64,000 nucleotides of DNA, from positions 4,112,008-4,176,007 of the forward strand of contig NW_002060943.1 of assembly GCF_000150275.1 (NCBI RefSeq). The letters run 5' to 3'. Shown here piece after piece: positions 50,001-61,671 of this stretch; the stretch's first letter is position 1, and the number at the start of each line of letters is the position of its first letter. The DNA is from Trichoplax adhaerens. Taxonomy: Eukaryota > Animalia > Placozoa. Made by a program: the position numbers and the translations under genes. The notes under the pieces are model-generated. The model searched no databases. It was not told where the DNA came from and was given only the letters and a program-made list of their open reading frames with translations.

Positions 50001-50514
50001 GAGGATAACTTTAGGATTTTGGTAGGCCATGAAAAATAGATTGCTTCCCTTGAAATCAATCGATCTGTCTTTTGCTGTAATGAAGGTTACCGTCATTTTA
50101 GTTAAGGCATCGCCGTATTACATTTATCTTTGGACAATGAGGTACCTCCTACGGTACAAGTGGATACTAAAAGCCAATCATGTCTGTTCGTCTATCCTAT
50201 TTCGATACACATACTGTCTATTTGGCTATGTGGCAAGGAAAGATTGATCAAGAGTGAAAATAAGTAATTTTCTGCACGATGATGACCAACATCATCTGTA
50301 CACAGCAGTCCTACAGCAACTGAGTGGGTGACTACTTCCTACGACTGGAAGTGCCAATTTTCCTACACTTCATTTTCTTATACTAGCCGAATAGGATATC
50401 TCTAGGCATATTTCTCATGAAACAGAGGTCAACTAAGGTATTCTGTGCATGGAATTGACTTTTAAATGAAGTAATCCTAGTTGCAAATGAATTGTAGTTG
50501 TAATTTCTCACCAT
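47095..50514 (-). CDS. VPS26: Retromer subunit VPS26
   Basis: ATG-only first coding exon (50514-50512, then GTGAG); SFFRFGQSADLEI; KLEHQGIKIEFVGQIELYYDRGNHHEF; MEVGIEDCLHIEFEYNKS; FEIMDGAPVRGESIPIRLFL; LVLIDEEDRRYFKQQEIILWRK. Confidence 0.96.
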
Positions 50515-50609
50515 TTCCACTAGCAGTGATCTTCGCTGGCTGGCGGTGCAATTGCTTATGATGAAGGAAGTGGGTCGAGATTTTTTCTTCTGCGCATACG
50601 TGCACACGC

Positions 50610-50795
50610 GCCGTACTGTACGGATGACATAATTGATGAGTACGCGAGTGCTTGGAAAGTGGGTCCGGTATGGTCCGGTCCGGTACGGTACGGGACAGTT
50701 GATTGACTGTAGCAGTGGGGGTGGTAAGCTTCTCTTCGACAGTCGTTCGTGGTACTATACTGTATTGACAATACTCTAGTACTGTACAGTATGGA
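50610..50795. promoter_or_regulatory. TACGG/TACAG-rich promoter region upstream of VPS26 exon 1
   Basis: GGTCCGGTATGGTCCGGTCCGGTACGGTACGG at about 50662-50693 and TAGTACTGTACAGTA at about 50777. Confidence 0.45.
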
Positions 50796-51011
50796 CTCCT
50801 CAACCACCCCACTAGACAAAATTAACCAACTACCAGGACTTACTCCATGTTTTTTTAAGTTCTTCTAGTAATCCATGCAACTACCTACTTTTGGTGAATT
50901 GGGAGTGATGAAGCAGTTTCTGATAATACTATAGGCTATAGTATTCTGTGCATAGTTTGAGTTTTTACTGTCGGTATCCTGCAGCCACTGCCAGATTCCA
51001 CCCTATTAACT

Positions 51012-51404
51012 CCACCATGGACTACTAGAAGAAGACCTGCTGTAGGTCGCCCTGGACTAGACAGACGGACCGTTCTTACTCAAGCAGGCCGTCAAGATCC
51101 CAAAATGACCACTTACAGCGGTATGGATCTTCCATGCTTGTTTTCTAAATCACTGGTACTCATTGAAATTGCGTCTATGATCTGTTTTCAAGCAGCATTT
51201 TATAACAGATAATAAGATTCAATGGAATATTCCTTGATAACCAAACTATCAGTCAAAATTCAAAAATTGACTGTCTTTCTATTAATAGTACTGGCCTAAC
51301 CAAGCGTTTGATACAATATTTGAAGGAGATGAGGTGGGAAATGTCTATCCGTCCGAAGGAGTGATCCGTCGACAGTAAGGTCTTCTTCTAGTCATCCATG
51401 ATGG
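51012..51404. mobile_element. Candidate MITE of about 390 bp with about 27-bp terminal inverted repeats
   Basis: Left arm CCACCATGGACTACTAGAAGAAGACCT (51012-51038); right arm reverse complement CCATCATGGATGACTAGAAGAAGACCT (51378-51404); no internal ORF; target-site duplication not clearly identified. Confidence 0.55.
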
Positions 51405-51725
51405 TTAGCGTTAACTTAGTGGACATTATAGGATTATCGCAGCAAACTACAATAGAGATTCATGTCTGCATCTGTTCATAGACAGTAGTGTAGTAATGTA
51501 GAACTTACATACTTTACTGTATATTATAATAGTGAATGTACGCTTTTCCTGCAGCCAATAACTGCCAGATTCCTCCAGTCGTCCATCTTACTGGAGCGTA
51601 CAATTGTATCCTGTACACTAGAGTGGACTAGGAAGGGGAAATGAATGAATTCGAGAATGATGGAGTATCCACGGCCATGGCATCTACAACAACAGGACAC
51701 TCTTAATCAAGTACACTTTGCACAA

Positions 51726-52795
51726 CGACTACTTAAACAAGGAAAGAGGGACATCAAACTGTCCTTCGCTATACTGGAAATGGGCAATCTGAGTACTTTT
51801 TACTAGTAATATCATATCGAGTGAGATGACCACCTGGCCACTCTGATGTTTTCTCCAACAGTATAGGATAAATGCTGTGGGATTATGACTACGTGTTTAT
51901 TCGTGTTTTGCCACTTTCTTCTTTCCTCTGCATAGAAGAGCATTGTGTGTAAGACAGCCATATACAGTATACAGTCGACTACTCAAAGAAGGAAAGAGGG
52001 ACATCAAACTGTCCTTTGCCATACTGGAAATGGGCAATCTGACTACTTTTGCTAGTAATATATCATATCGAGTGAGATGACCACTTAGCCAACCCCTATG
52101 GGGCGTGTAGATCAAGACTAGCCTTCAGGATCAAACCTTTTCTCCTAGAGGTAGAATGCCGTGGGATTATGACTACAGACTAGGTATCCATTCGTGTTTT
52201 GCCGCTTTTTGTAAGACAGCCATATACAATATACAGTCCACTAGGCAGTCGACTACTCAAAAAAGGAAAGAGGGACATCAAACTGCCCTTTGCCATACTG
52301 GAAATGGGCAATCTGACTACTTTTGCTAGTAATATATCATATCGAGTGAGATGACCACCTAGCCACCCCTATGATCAAAACCTTTTCTCCTAGAGGTAGA
52401 ATGCCGTGGGATTATGACTACAGACTAGGCATCCATTCGTATTTTGCCACTTTCTTCTTTTCCTCTCTGCATAGAAGAACATTATGTAAGACAGCCATAT
52501 ACATTATACAGTCCACTAGGCAGTCGACTACTCAAAAAAGGAAAGAGGGACATCAAACTGCCCTTTGCCATACTGGAAATGGGCAATCTGACTACTTTTG
52601 CTAGTAATATATCATATCGAGTGAGATGACCACCTAGCCACCCCTATGATCAAACCTTTTCTCCTAGAGGTAGAATGCCGTGGGATTATGACTACAGACT
52701 AGGCATCCATTCGTATTTTGCCACTTTCTTCTTTTCCTCTGCATAGAAGAACATTATGTAAGACAGCCATATATATAACAGTCCACAAGGCAGTA
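51726..52795. repeat. Tandem repeat, about four copies of a 250-275 bp unit, upstream of UAP1
   Basis: GGAAAGAGGGACATCAAACTG at 51741, 51991, 52265 and 52540 (periods 250, 274, 275); copies 3 and 4 are nearly identical. Confidence 0.95.
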
Positions 52796-53063
52796 GCCGA
52801 GGTGAGCATGAGTTGGAGTGTTGATGGCTAGGCCCGATGAAGACTGCTCTAGACGACCCTACTGTATACTGACGCAAGACAGTGAAAGCGTGATAGGCTA
52901 GTTGGTGAAACAGTCCAACCGGGACAGTTTATAGACAGTATCCAATCGATGACTGATATCATCGCCTGTGGTCGTAGTGATGCCTAAGCGATACGCCTAG
53001 CAACACCCTTGGGCTGGACAAACCGACGCCAATCATTTCCCTTCCATCACTCAAGCAGCAGCC

Positions 53064-56000
53064 ATGACCGACGAATTAAAGACTCGCTTATATCATAAAT
53101 TGAAAGCCTATCATCAGGAGAATTTACTACAATATTGGGATGAGTTAGATCAAACTCAACGCCAATTACTAGCTGATGATATCGATAGCTTGGATTTGCA
53201 ATATGTAACGCAATCATTTGAAAAGGTGATGCAAACCGGTCAAAGCCATTCGCAAAAGAAGGATGATCATATCTTGCCACTCCCAGAAGATGTTTATTGT
53301 ACATTGCCTAATGTCGATAGCCATCGCCAAGATTGGCAAACATTAGGGTTAAATCTAATCGCAGATAATAAAGTGGCTGTCATTTTATTAGCTGGTGGTC
53401 AAGGTACACGACTAGGTGTTGATTACCCTAAAGGGATGTACTGTGTTGGCTTACCTTCCGGCAAATCTTTATATCAGATTCAAGGCGAGAGAATGTTTCG
53501 ATTGCAACAATTAGCCCAAGAGCGAACAGGCAAAAAAGGCACTATACCGTGGTAAGTTGGTTCATTTTTTTTTGGGGGGGGGGAACCATTTTACCCTATC
53601 TTATTCCTCTCTCCATTGACTTGGAATCACCAACTATTTGGATATTATTAAATAACCCATTGAAGAATGGCATGAAGCGTAAAGCGATTGCTTGACTTGA
53701 ATAATAACATTAATTTCATCATCCTCTTACCGATAGAAAACCATCTCTACCTTCAGCTCACATCATTTCTTGTTATGCGGACGATAGTAATAATTTTTCT
53801 ATTTTTCTTTCAATGAATTTAAAGATTGCAGACGATTGACTTACGCTTAACATGTATGATCTATTCTTAATGGACTATCAAACAGTATCTACATAGGAGG
53901 TTATTGTAGGATAACCTTGATGCAATACTGTAGGTCGATGTTATCAAGAAAGGATGACCAATGTTCGACAGTTCTATATCGAATGAATGGCTAGACATGG
54001 CATCTTTTTTGGCACAATCAGAATTCAAATCTGCACGATAGACTATTATTATCAGTAACAGTATCTATCTTGCAAGATAGATATTGCGTTGGTAATGAGA
54101 CAGTCTACATGGTCAGATCAAATCCAGCACTCTTTTAGAGGAACGTTTACAAACCCTCAATGTAATCGGAGTCATGGGCTACTAGTCCCAAATTCTCTTC
54201 TAGTAGTCCATGACATTTTCTCAATATTACAATTGGATTAATTAATTTTATACAGTATTTTCAAATTGTCCAAAATCAAGTCTCCTCATGATATGTACAG
54301 TATTGCTGTGATTATTTGCTTGGCTTATATAAACACCTTCTTCATTTCAGTTATCGCTACTTGGCAGTGATAGAGATGTCGAGGCTTATCATACTGTATT
54401 TGCAAGTATTTGCTTTGGATGGCAGATAATGTTTCTTTCTCATTTTACTCCAAACTACATTAAATTTATTCTTTTATCTTCAACTGTACATACTCTTTCT
54501 TCATATTATTTTCAATAATTTATTAATTACTGATATAATTTTAGCCGAAGAAAAGTGTTTTCTGTAAATAATAATATTAAATTGTGCGGGTTCAGCTAGT
54601 ACAAGGGCTTCCAAGAGAATTTTCTCGGACAGTTCGACTACTATATAAAATCCCCAGGGACGGTGAGGTAAAACTCTTTTTACTGTAACTCTTTACCAGT
54701 TGCTAGTAGATGGATAAATCAGCTAATACAATATCGATCAACTTCGCTCGGTCAATAACTTTATCACTTCTCATCCTACTTCATATTACTTTGGAGTTGT
54801 TAGCTTTTAAAACATACTTCTTGTAGAGCTATAATGCATTCAATTTCTATCTCTACTCACTTTGTTCAATTTGGTAGACCGAAAATTAAATCGACACATG
54901 TGTTGGTCAATTTCTAAATACAGTAGATAAAGTACACAAATGGACATAAAGTGATGTACATGCTTTAAAGAATGAATACGTAACATAAACAGCTCAATTA
55001 GTAGTACAATATGACGATAGAATAGTTGCAAAATTCAAGTAGCCAAATTCAAACTGTCTACCTTATGTCATGCGATAGAGTTAGATTGGATTGACATCTA
55101 CTTTATCATCCAATTATTGAATCTCCACTGCATTATGGATAGTCTCAAAGCTGTCGTCATCGTCATCGAGTGCCAGTTACAAAGTGTGATAATTGCCATC
55201 AATCATTGATTCTAGACAGCATAATTTCGTAGCGATTTCTTAACATGGGATGCAACAGCTGGTGCAGTCTTGTACATTTCTAACTTTTATTGGACTCACC
55301 ATTTTTAGACATTTTTTCCAATGAATAATTGACTCGCGTGCGTAGACAACAAGGCTATCCCTTACACACACACATCACCAATCTTTCCTATGATTTACCC
55401 TGATGTATACTTCAACACCAGCAATAATATATATATACTCGTACACGTATCGAGAATTAATATCGCAATTTTGACATTGTTAGCGGAAATGATTCTCATT
55501 CAGTGTCCATTAGCGTAGGAAATTTCTTCTTTATTTTGTGCGGATTGATATCCAGTTGCTATCGCAAGTAATAAAAACTTATCACATTACAGTAATTCGG
55601 CTAATTTCGATCATACAGTCACAATCTCTTAAAATTATGTACAGAAGTAGCGAACTCCATTGATAAATAATGTGGCCAATGAAATGAAATGGATTGCGTA
55701 GTAGCTAGTATGTTTTATGAACATGAATTACTTTAGTATCTTTCTAAGCCTCTATAATAGTATGATTAGTTTCTCTATGTTTGTCAAAAGCTTACTCTAC
55801 TGTACATCTTAATAAGTTAATTGGCGAAACCAAGGTGAACATTTTGTATTGTTTACACAATCAACTGAATTAGAGCATTCTTCATTTTACTTTAGTGTAT
55901 ACTATGCAGACGATCACAATGGAGTTTCTAACCTATTCATTGAGCTCACTTCATACTTTGTTGTAGCAATTAGTTTAATTTCCTTATACTTTATGTTAAA

Positions 56001-58329
56001 ATTTCAAATAGGAAGTTTCATTCAGTTGTTGTACAGAAAAATGGATCGTCAATTTATGGATGATACGTTTACTCTATGTTATCATACCATCATAATTGGA
56101 TGGAGTAATGATCTTGGGATAACTTTATGTTCATATCGTCTCGATGATCATGATTAACGAATCTTTTGCCTTACGATGACTTTATGATGTCAAGAAGGCA
56201 CTCAATGTCGGCTTTTAATGAATTCCTTGAAATGGATAAAAAGCTTACATCCGAGTTTTTATAAAATAGACAATATTTGCTCTTGAAGCATTCAATTCTA
56301 CCGTTATCGATTCTACTGGTTGTATGCATTTTTAAGCATAAATAGTATGTAGATCAGTATCAATAGTGATGAATTATCGTAACTGTCCTTTAAATATCAA
56401 CGCTATCGATATTAATGCTCATGATCGTATTTCTTCAAGGTATATCATGACTAGTCAGCATACTAAGCAACAAACTAGAAATTACTTTGAAAAGCACAAA
56501 TTCTTCGGCTTAAACGAGAAAGATATCATGTTCTTTGAACAAAGTACTTTACCATGTTTCGATTTTGACGGCAAAATTATTTTGGCTGCTCCGGATAAGA
56601 TTGCTCGCGCTCCTAATGGAAATGGAGGCCTTTACAGTGCACTATCGAATTGTGGTATTTTAAAGGATATGCAGGATCGAGGAATTGCTCATATTCAAGC
56701 CTATTGCGTGGATAATATTTTAATTAAAATGGTGGATCCTGTCTTTACTGGCTACTGTGCTAGTAAGAATGCTGATTGTGGAGCCAAGGTACGCGTGACT
56801 GAAACTGACATCATAAATGTTTTTATTTTACATCCTACCGCATGCAAATGTTCCATTTTTATCATATCATAGGTTGTAAGGAAAGTGGATGCCAGTGAAT
56901 CTGTTGGTTTGGTATGTTTATGTGACGGCACGTATCAGGTACACTAAATACCTAAAAAGTTGAGTGTTCTAGACTGTTGTTAGGGGTAAGGTTATAATTT
57001 CTTAACCGTTAAGAATTCATTTGAGATATAGGTTATTGAATACAGTGAAATTTCAAAGGAAATGACAGAAAAACGAAACAAGAATGGCGAATTGATGTTT
57101 AATGCAGCCAATATTTGTAATCATTATTTTAGTTACGATTTCTTATCTCAAACTGTTAGGTTAGTATGAGCATTTACAAAACGCATTGATAATTCCCCCC
57201 CCCCAAACAAGAATGTAATTATATTGTCCATCCTCTTGATAATACACACTATTTATCGATCACTAAATTTATTTATAGCGCTAGAGAAAATGAACTACCA
57301 CATCATATGGCAAGAAAGAAAATTCCTTATGTCAATGAATCAGGCCAAACGTATGAATTCATTATGTTATACTAGGATATAATGGATTTAATAATACCAT
57401 GGGAATATATTAAATAGGATAAACTTTCCTTTCATTGATACACGTATTATAATTATACTTCCATGGTATAGAGTTAAACCTGAGACCCCGAATGGGATTA
57501 AGATGGAGAAATTTGTTTTTGACGTCTTTTTATTTTCTAAGTTAGTATTTATTATGGAAATAAAAATGGAGCTATAACGTTTTGAAAGTTATACTTACAA
57601 TTTATAATCGATATACAGTATAGGGCTAACCATTTGAATACGATATATCATTTGCATTAATCTTATAGAAATTTTGCGGTAATGGAAGTCAAACGAGAGG
57701 ATGAATTTTCTCCATTGAAAAATAAATGTGGAACAGGAAGAGATTGTCCAGAAACTGCTAAGGCTGCTCTTGGCAAATTACACGGACGTTATATTCTTGA
57801 GGCTGGGGGTAAATTTGTTACAAAGGATGGAAAAGAAATTTCGGATACTTCTAGGTACAGTATTTTGACTCTTGCTCGTTAAATTCGAAATTGACAATAT
57901 TAGAGCTCTAATATAATTAAACTTGAATTCCTCTTTGTAAGTGTATCGTAGATGATTAGGCATTGTAGTAACTATGCGTACGCTATCGTTTCTGTAAGTT
58001 CTATCATTATAATGTTTCATTTGAAATTATATTTTTAAATATAGCTTGAAAGATGTAGTAGACTTTGAATGTGAAGTATCTCCCAACCTGTCTTTTGCTG
58101 GAGAAGTAAGATGAGTTGCTAATAAAAGTAGTAGATGGAGTCATTAGTTACTATTGTATTACCTTCTCTTAAATAACAACATTATCAACTTGTGTACATT
58201 ATTGGCCATATTCATCAGATGACATTCAATAATTGTCTTTCTTTGTAATTTGAACAGAATTTGAGCGAACTTGTTGGGGGAAAAGTCTTAGATTTTCCTG
58301 TTTATCTAAAAGCTGAGTGCGACAAATGA
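53064..58329 (+). CDS. UAP1: UDP-N-acetylhexosamine pyrophosphorylase, 9 exons
   Basis: [17 protein letters not shown]; IPWYIMTS; APNGNGGLY; YCVDNIL; QVIEYSE; NICNHYF; [14 protein letters not shown]; [10 protein letters not shown]; [14 protein letters not shown]. Confidence 0.97.
54171..54214. mobile_element. Miniature inverted-repeat element (CATGGACTACTAG family) in UAP1 intron 1
   Basis: GTCATGGGCTACTAG-14 nt-CTAGTAGTCCATGAC, 14 of 15 positions complementary. Confidence 0.5.
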
Positions 58330-59585
58330 AGCAATCCATGTCATTTATTACTAACTGGATTCTGGTTGTTACCATAGTTGACAAACTTTACTGGGACGTT
58401 GTCATAATTGGCATATACTTATACCTAAAAAGTTCGTTTTGAGAGCTTTAATAATGTTACGCAAATTCATTAACCATAACCAAATTTTTAGATTCATCTA
58501 TGTATTTGCTATGAATATTTTTGCATATGAGGACGTTCAGATAGTACACAGTATGTCCAATTAAAACAATCCTATTGTATTCTCTCTTATTTTGATTCTA
58601 GGATACAGTTGTAGGCTAGTCTTTATGAATATAATAAAATTTTGAGTATCTGAGATGCAAACTACCAATTAATCCACTGTTGATTTAGAATTTCTTAATC
58701 GTTCACAGTAATTAATTAAACAAATACAACATAAGCAAGAAATAAAATAAAAAATTGAACTGTTAGATGATTGTACTTTGATATAGATTAGTATTCAAAA
58801 ATCTCTAGAGCTAGGATTAAGAAATCAACGATATATAATATCTTGTGTAACTTGGAATACTTGCAAAAACTACTACATTACTCTACTTGATAATAATTTA
58901 TTTACCAATGTAATCTACGAACTGTAAGTTACAATATCCAGTTCGTAAATTAATATATACTGTACGCATTTGCAATATTATCATGGGTATTATTGTGTGC
59001 AAACTATTCTGATCGCTGATTCCTGGCTTTAATTGACATACGGATTCATTATCGTAATTGACTTTTGGCATACGATACGGATAAAATAACGTTACTAATA
59101 AGTAGATACGCATATATAAATACCTAGTAGATAAATGACTGCATTGATGGGCATGGACATGTCCATAATGGTACAAGAATTGACGAAATTAAGCTACTTT
59201 TGAGCTATAATTTGGAACATTAACTTGTAGCATGCATAGGGCAGGATATGTTAAAATTATTCCAATTGCGTCAAGGCAAGATTAATGAATATGGCGTTTA
59301 GAGCGAAATATAGCAATTTTGATTCATGGATCATCGATAATTAATTGTTACATGGGATCATTTCTAATTCTTGTTGCTATGTGCGTAGTCTGACGGAGTG
59401 ACATTTCCTATCATACCCATATTACTGATGAATCTTTTGTAGGGTGCAATCATAAACTGCTAGATCAATGTCTATATATTGAAACAGATTTATTGAAAGA
59501 GCCGTACAACATTTATTTCGGAATCCGAATAGTGTATAATCACATTAGCTATTAGACACAAGCTAAAATTCTTCGATCGTAGTGT

Positions 59586-60890
59586 TTATTCCTGATAAAG
59601 GTAATAAAAAAGCGAATTAATACGACAATTGCTGTATACCAGTAGTCAAGTAACAGAATTTCATTTATATATGAAAGTGGAGGTAGTCATACAAGTTGAG
59701 GAAATCAACTCAGAGCAATACTTACTTCAGGAATGGCTATAGAACCATCGTTAATTCCGTCAATGACATCATGAGGATGTTGTTGCTCAACTGTACAACC
59801 AAGAGACTGAGCAGTCCCAAGGATTTCCTTAACGGTACCTTCTAGTTTTCGTGCCATGGATCTTGGTCTCATAGTACGAGCGATATCGATTATCTGATCT
59901 AACGGTACGTTGCCAGTATGTAGGACTGCGAATAAAAGCATCATGTTAATGATTTTAGCTTATCATTTTGTAAGTTGAATACTGGTATTACATGCGAGAG
60001 ATTGTGTTTCTATCTAGAGCATAGAAAGGTGCCTATTTATGTTGAGTAAATACTAACTATTTTTTTGCTTCTTTCTGTCTCTTGGTGGTTCTTTCAGAGC
60101 TTTAATTACTAGTGATGAAGCACTAGGAACTACATCAATTTTGGCTTGTCTGTTCTGGATAGTTAATCGAACAGTGATACGCAAACCTTTCCAATCCTGG
60201 GTAGATTTGGCAATATCGTCACCAACTTTTTTGGGCGACTATCATGGGTAAGAAAAATTCAATGTTAGAAGTAGCAACGCTCAATTGTAGATATCAATCA
60301 AGAACTACATTGCATTGATGGAGAATGTAGTAGCTAGGTCATGGACTACTTTGTTTCTGTTTGGTTATCCATATTGAATTGTATATTTATTTGACTTTGA
60401 TAGCATTCTATCCCATTCTAACAAGCATGTTGACGACAATATAAGTAGCACTATTGTCAATTTTAATCTTTTCCTACGGATATCAAAGAACCTACCAATC
60501 CAAGTGGACCTAATTTAGGTGCCAAAGAGGAGGTAGCACCAACTTCACCACCGGTAACGCGAATGTGAACTAATGATAGAAATAATCATCGCAAGGGTTA
60601 TTAACAACTTATTCATAAAATATATCATGAACATTATCCTACAATCGTGGAGCAAGACAATTAGCAATCTATCTTTCATGTCATTATCGAGATTAGATCA
60701 TGATCCAATTCAAGTACTGCATATCAATGTCGTCGATCATGTAGGGGTACGCTACCATCAGCCATAACCGATGGCGATGAAAGAGTGAATCAAGTCCAAT
60801 CTATCGAGGGTTTTGCTTCAAAAAGATAAGATTAAGATTGTATCATGACTAACCTATCTTAACTTCGTTAGGATCGAGTTTTGGAGGCAT
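59586..60890 (-). CDS. RPL12: 60S ribosomal protein L12 (uL11), 5 coding exons
   Basis: [48 protein letters not shown]...[17 protein letters not shown]...[10 protein letters not shown]...[17 protein letters not shown]; last exon codes only GAA TAA. Confidence 0.98.
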
Positions 60891-60974
60891 TTTGATGTGA
60901 TGGATTGCTATGGATGGAAGTGTGGATGAGCCAATTAATCACAGACCCTACCAAGATGGATGCACTACCAGCCA

Positions 60975-60990
60975 GGGTAAAAAGGAGGAA
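60975..60990 (-). promoter_or_regulatory. 5'TOP/TCT-like polypyrimidine initiator of RPL12
   Basis: Minus strand TTCCTCCTTTTTACCC about 90 nt upstream of the ATG. Confidence 0.6.
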
Positions 60991-61064
60991 TTGCCGCATG
61001 CCATGCAGTTTACATAGAATTGGCTGGAGGTTAGTTTGCGCAAGCTCAGTACGAATGAGTTCTG

Positions 61065-61530
61065 TTGTACAGTGTACAGTACAGTAAAGTACAGTACAAA
61101 ATATTGTACTGAACACTGTGCACTGTACAGTACACTGCACTGCAGTGGTCTCATGGATGGTGAGACCACTATATGGCTGCTATCCATCTAGTGATTGATG
61201 TATTTGAAAGTTTATAGTGGTTTTTGACTAGCATGTTCTTTTTGAGCATTTTGAACAGTCGGCTGTTGTGTAGTAGAAGTTCAATTATATCATATTCCGC
61301 TCTGTAAACCTCGAATTTTCTTTATCTCATTAAAATACTGAGGAGAATCTCAGTGTATACACTATACAGTACAGTACAGTATGTCACCTTCACCCTAAGC
61401 CTAACCACTATACTGTATAGTACAGTACAGTACACTAAGCTGTTTGTCTGAAATTGACTCTCGGATTCTCAGACGGATGGACGCTACCAATGAAAATGTG
61501 AGTTACAGTACGAAATACAGTACATCGGTA
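61065..61530. promoter_or_regulatory. TACAG/CTGTA arrays in the RPL12-SCNM1 divergent promoter
   Basis: GTACAGTGTACAGTACAGTAAAGTACAGTACA at about 61067-61098, TACAGTACAGTACAGTA at about 61365 and AGTACAGTACAGTACA at about 61419. Confidence 0.55.
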
Positions 61531-61671
61531 AGATGCACTGTACGCTTTGTCCATTGATTTCACCGTGTAGACAAGGAAACGATCCGGTCAAAGCTTGGAT
61601 GCCATCGGCCGCTAGATTGACATCGAATTTAAGCGCCAGTAATCCTCGAGAATAGTAAATAAATAAGTAGA

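Noticed and set aside
51726-52795. Tandem array as a CRISPR array or as repeated peptide genes (ORFs 52371-52604, 52444-52629, 51897-52115)
   Set aside because: Whole 250-275 bp units repeat with no unique spacers, the context is eukaryotic with no cas genes, and indels between copies break the frames
60240-60494. Possible H/ACA snoRNA in RPL12 intron 2
   Set aside because: An ACAGAA box and ACA are present, but the two-hairpin geometry is poor and part of the stem is an arm of the CATGGACTACT repeat family
60868-61187. Overlapping short ORFs near the RPL12 promoter (also 33968-34228, 36156-36449, 50477-50819)
   Set aside because: Stop-poor frames produced by TACAG/TACGG promoter repeats; no protein features
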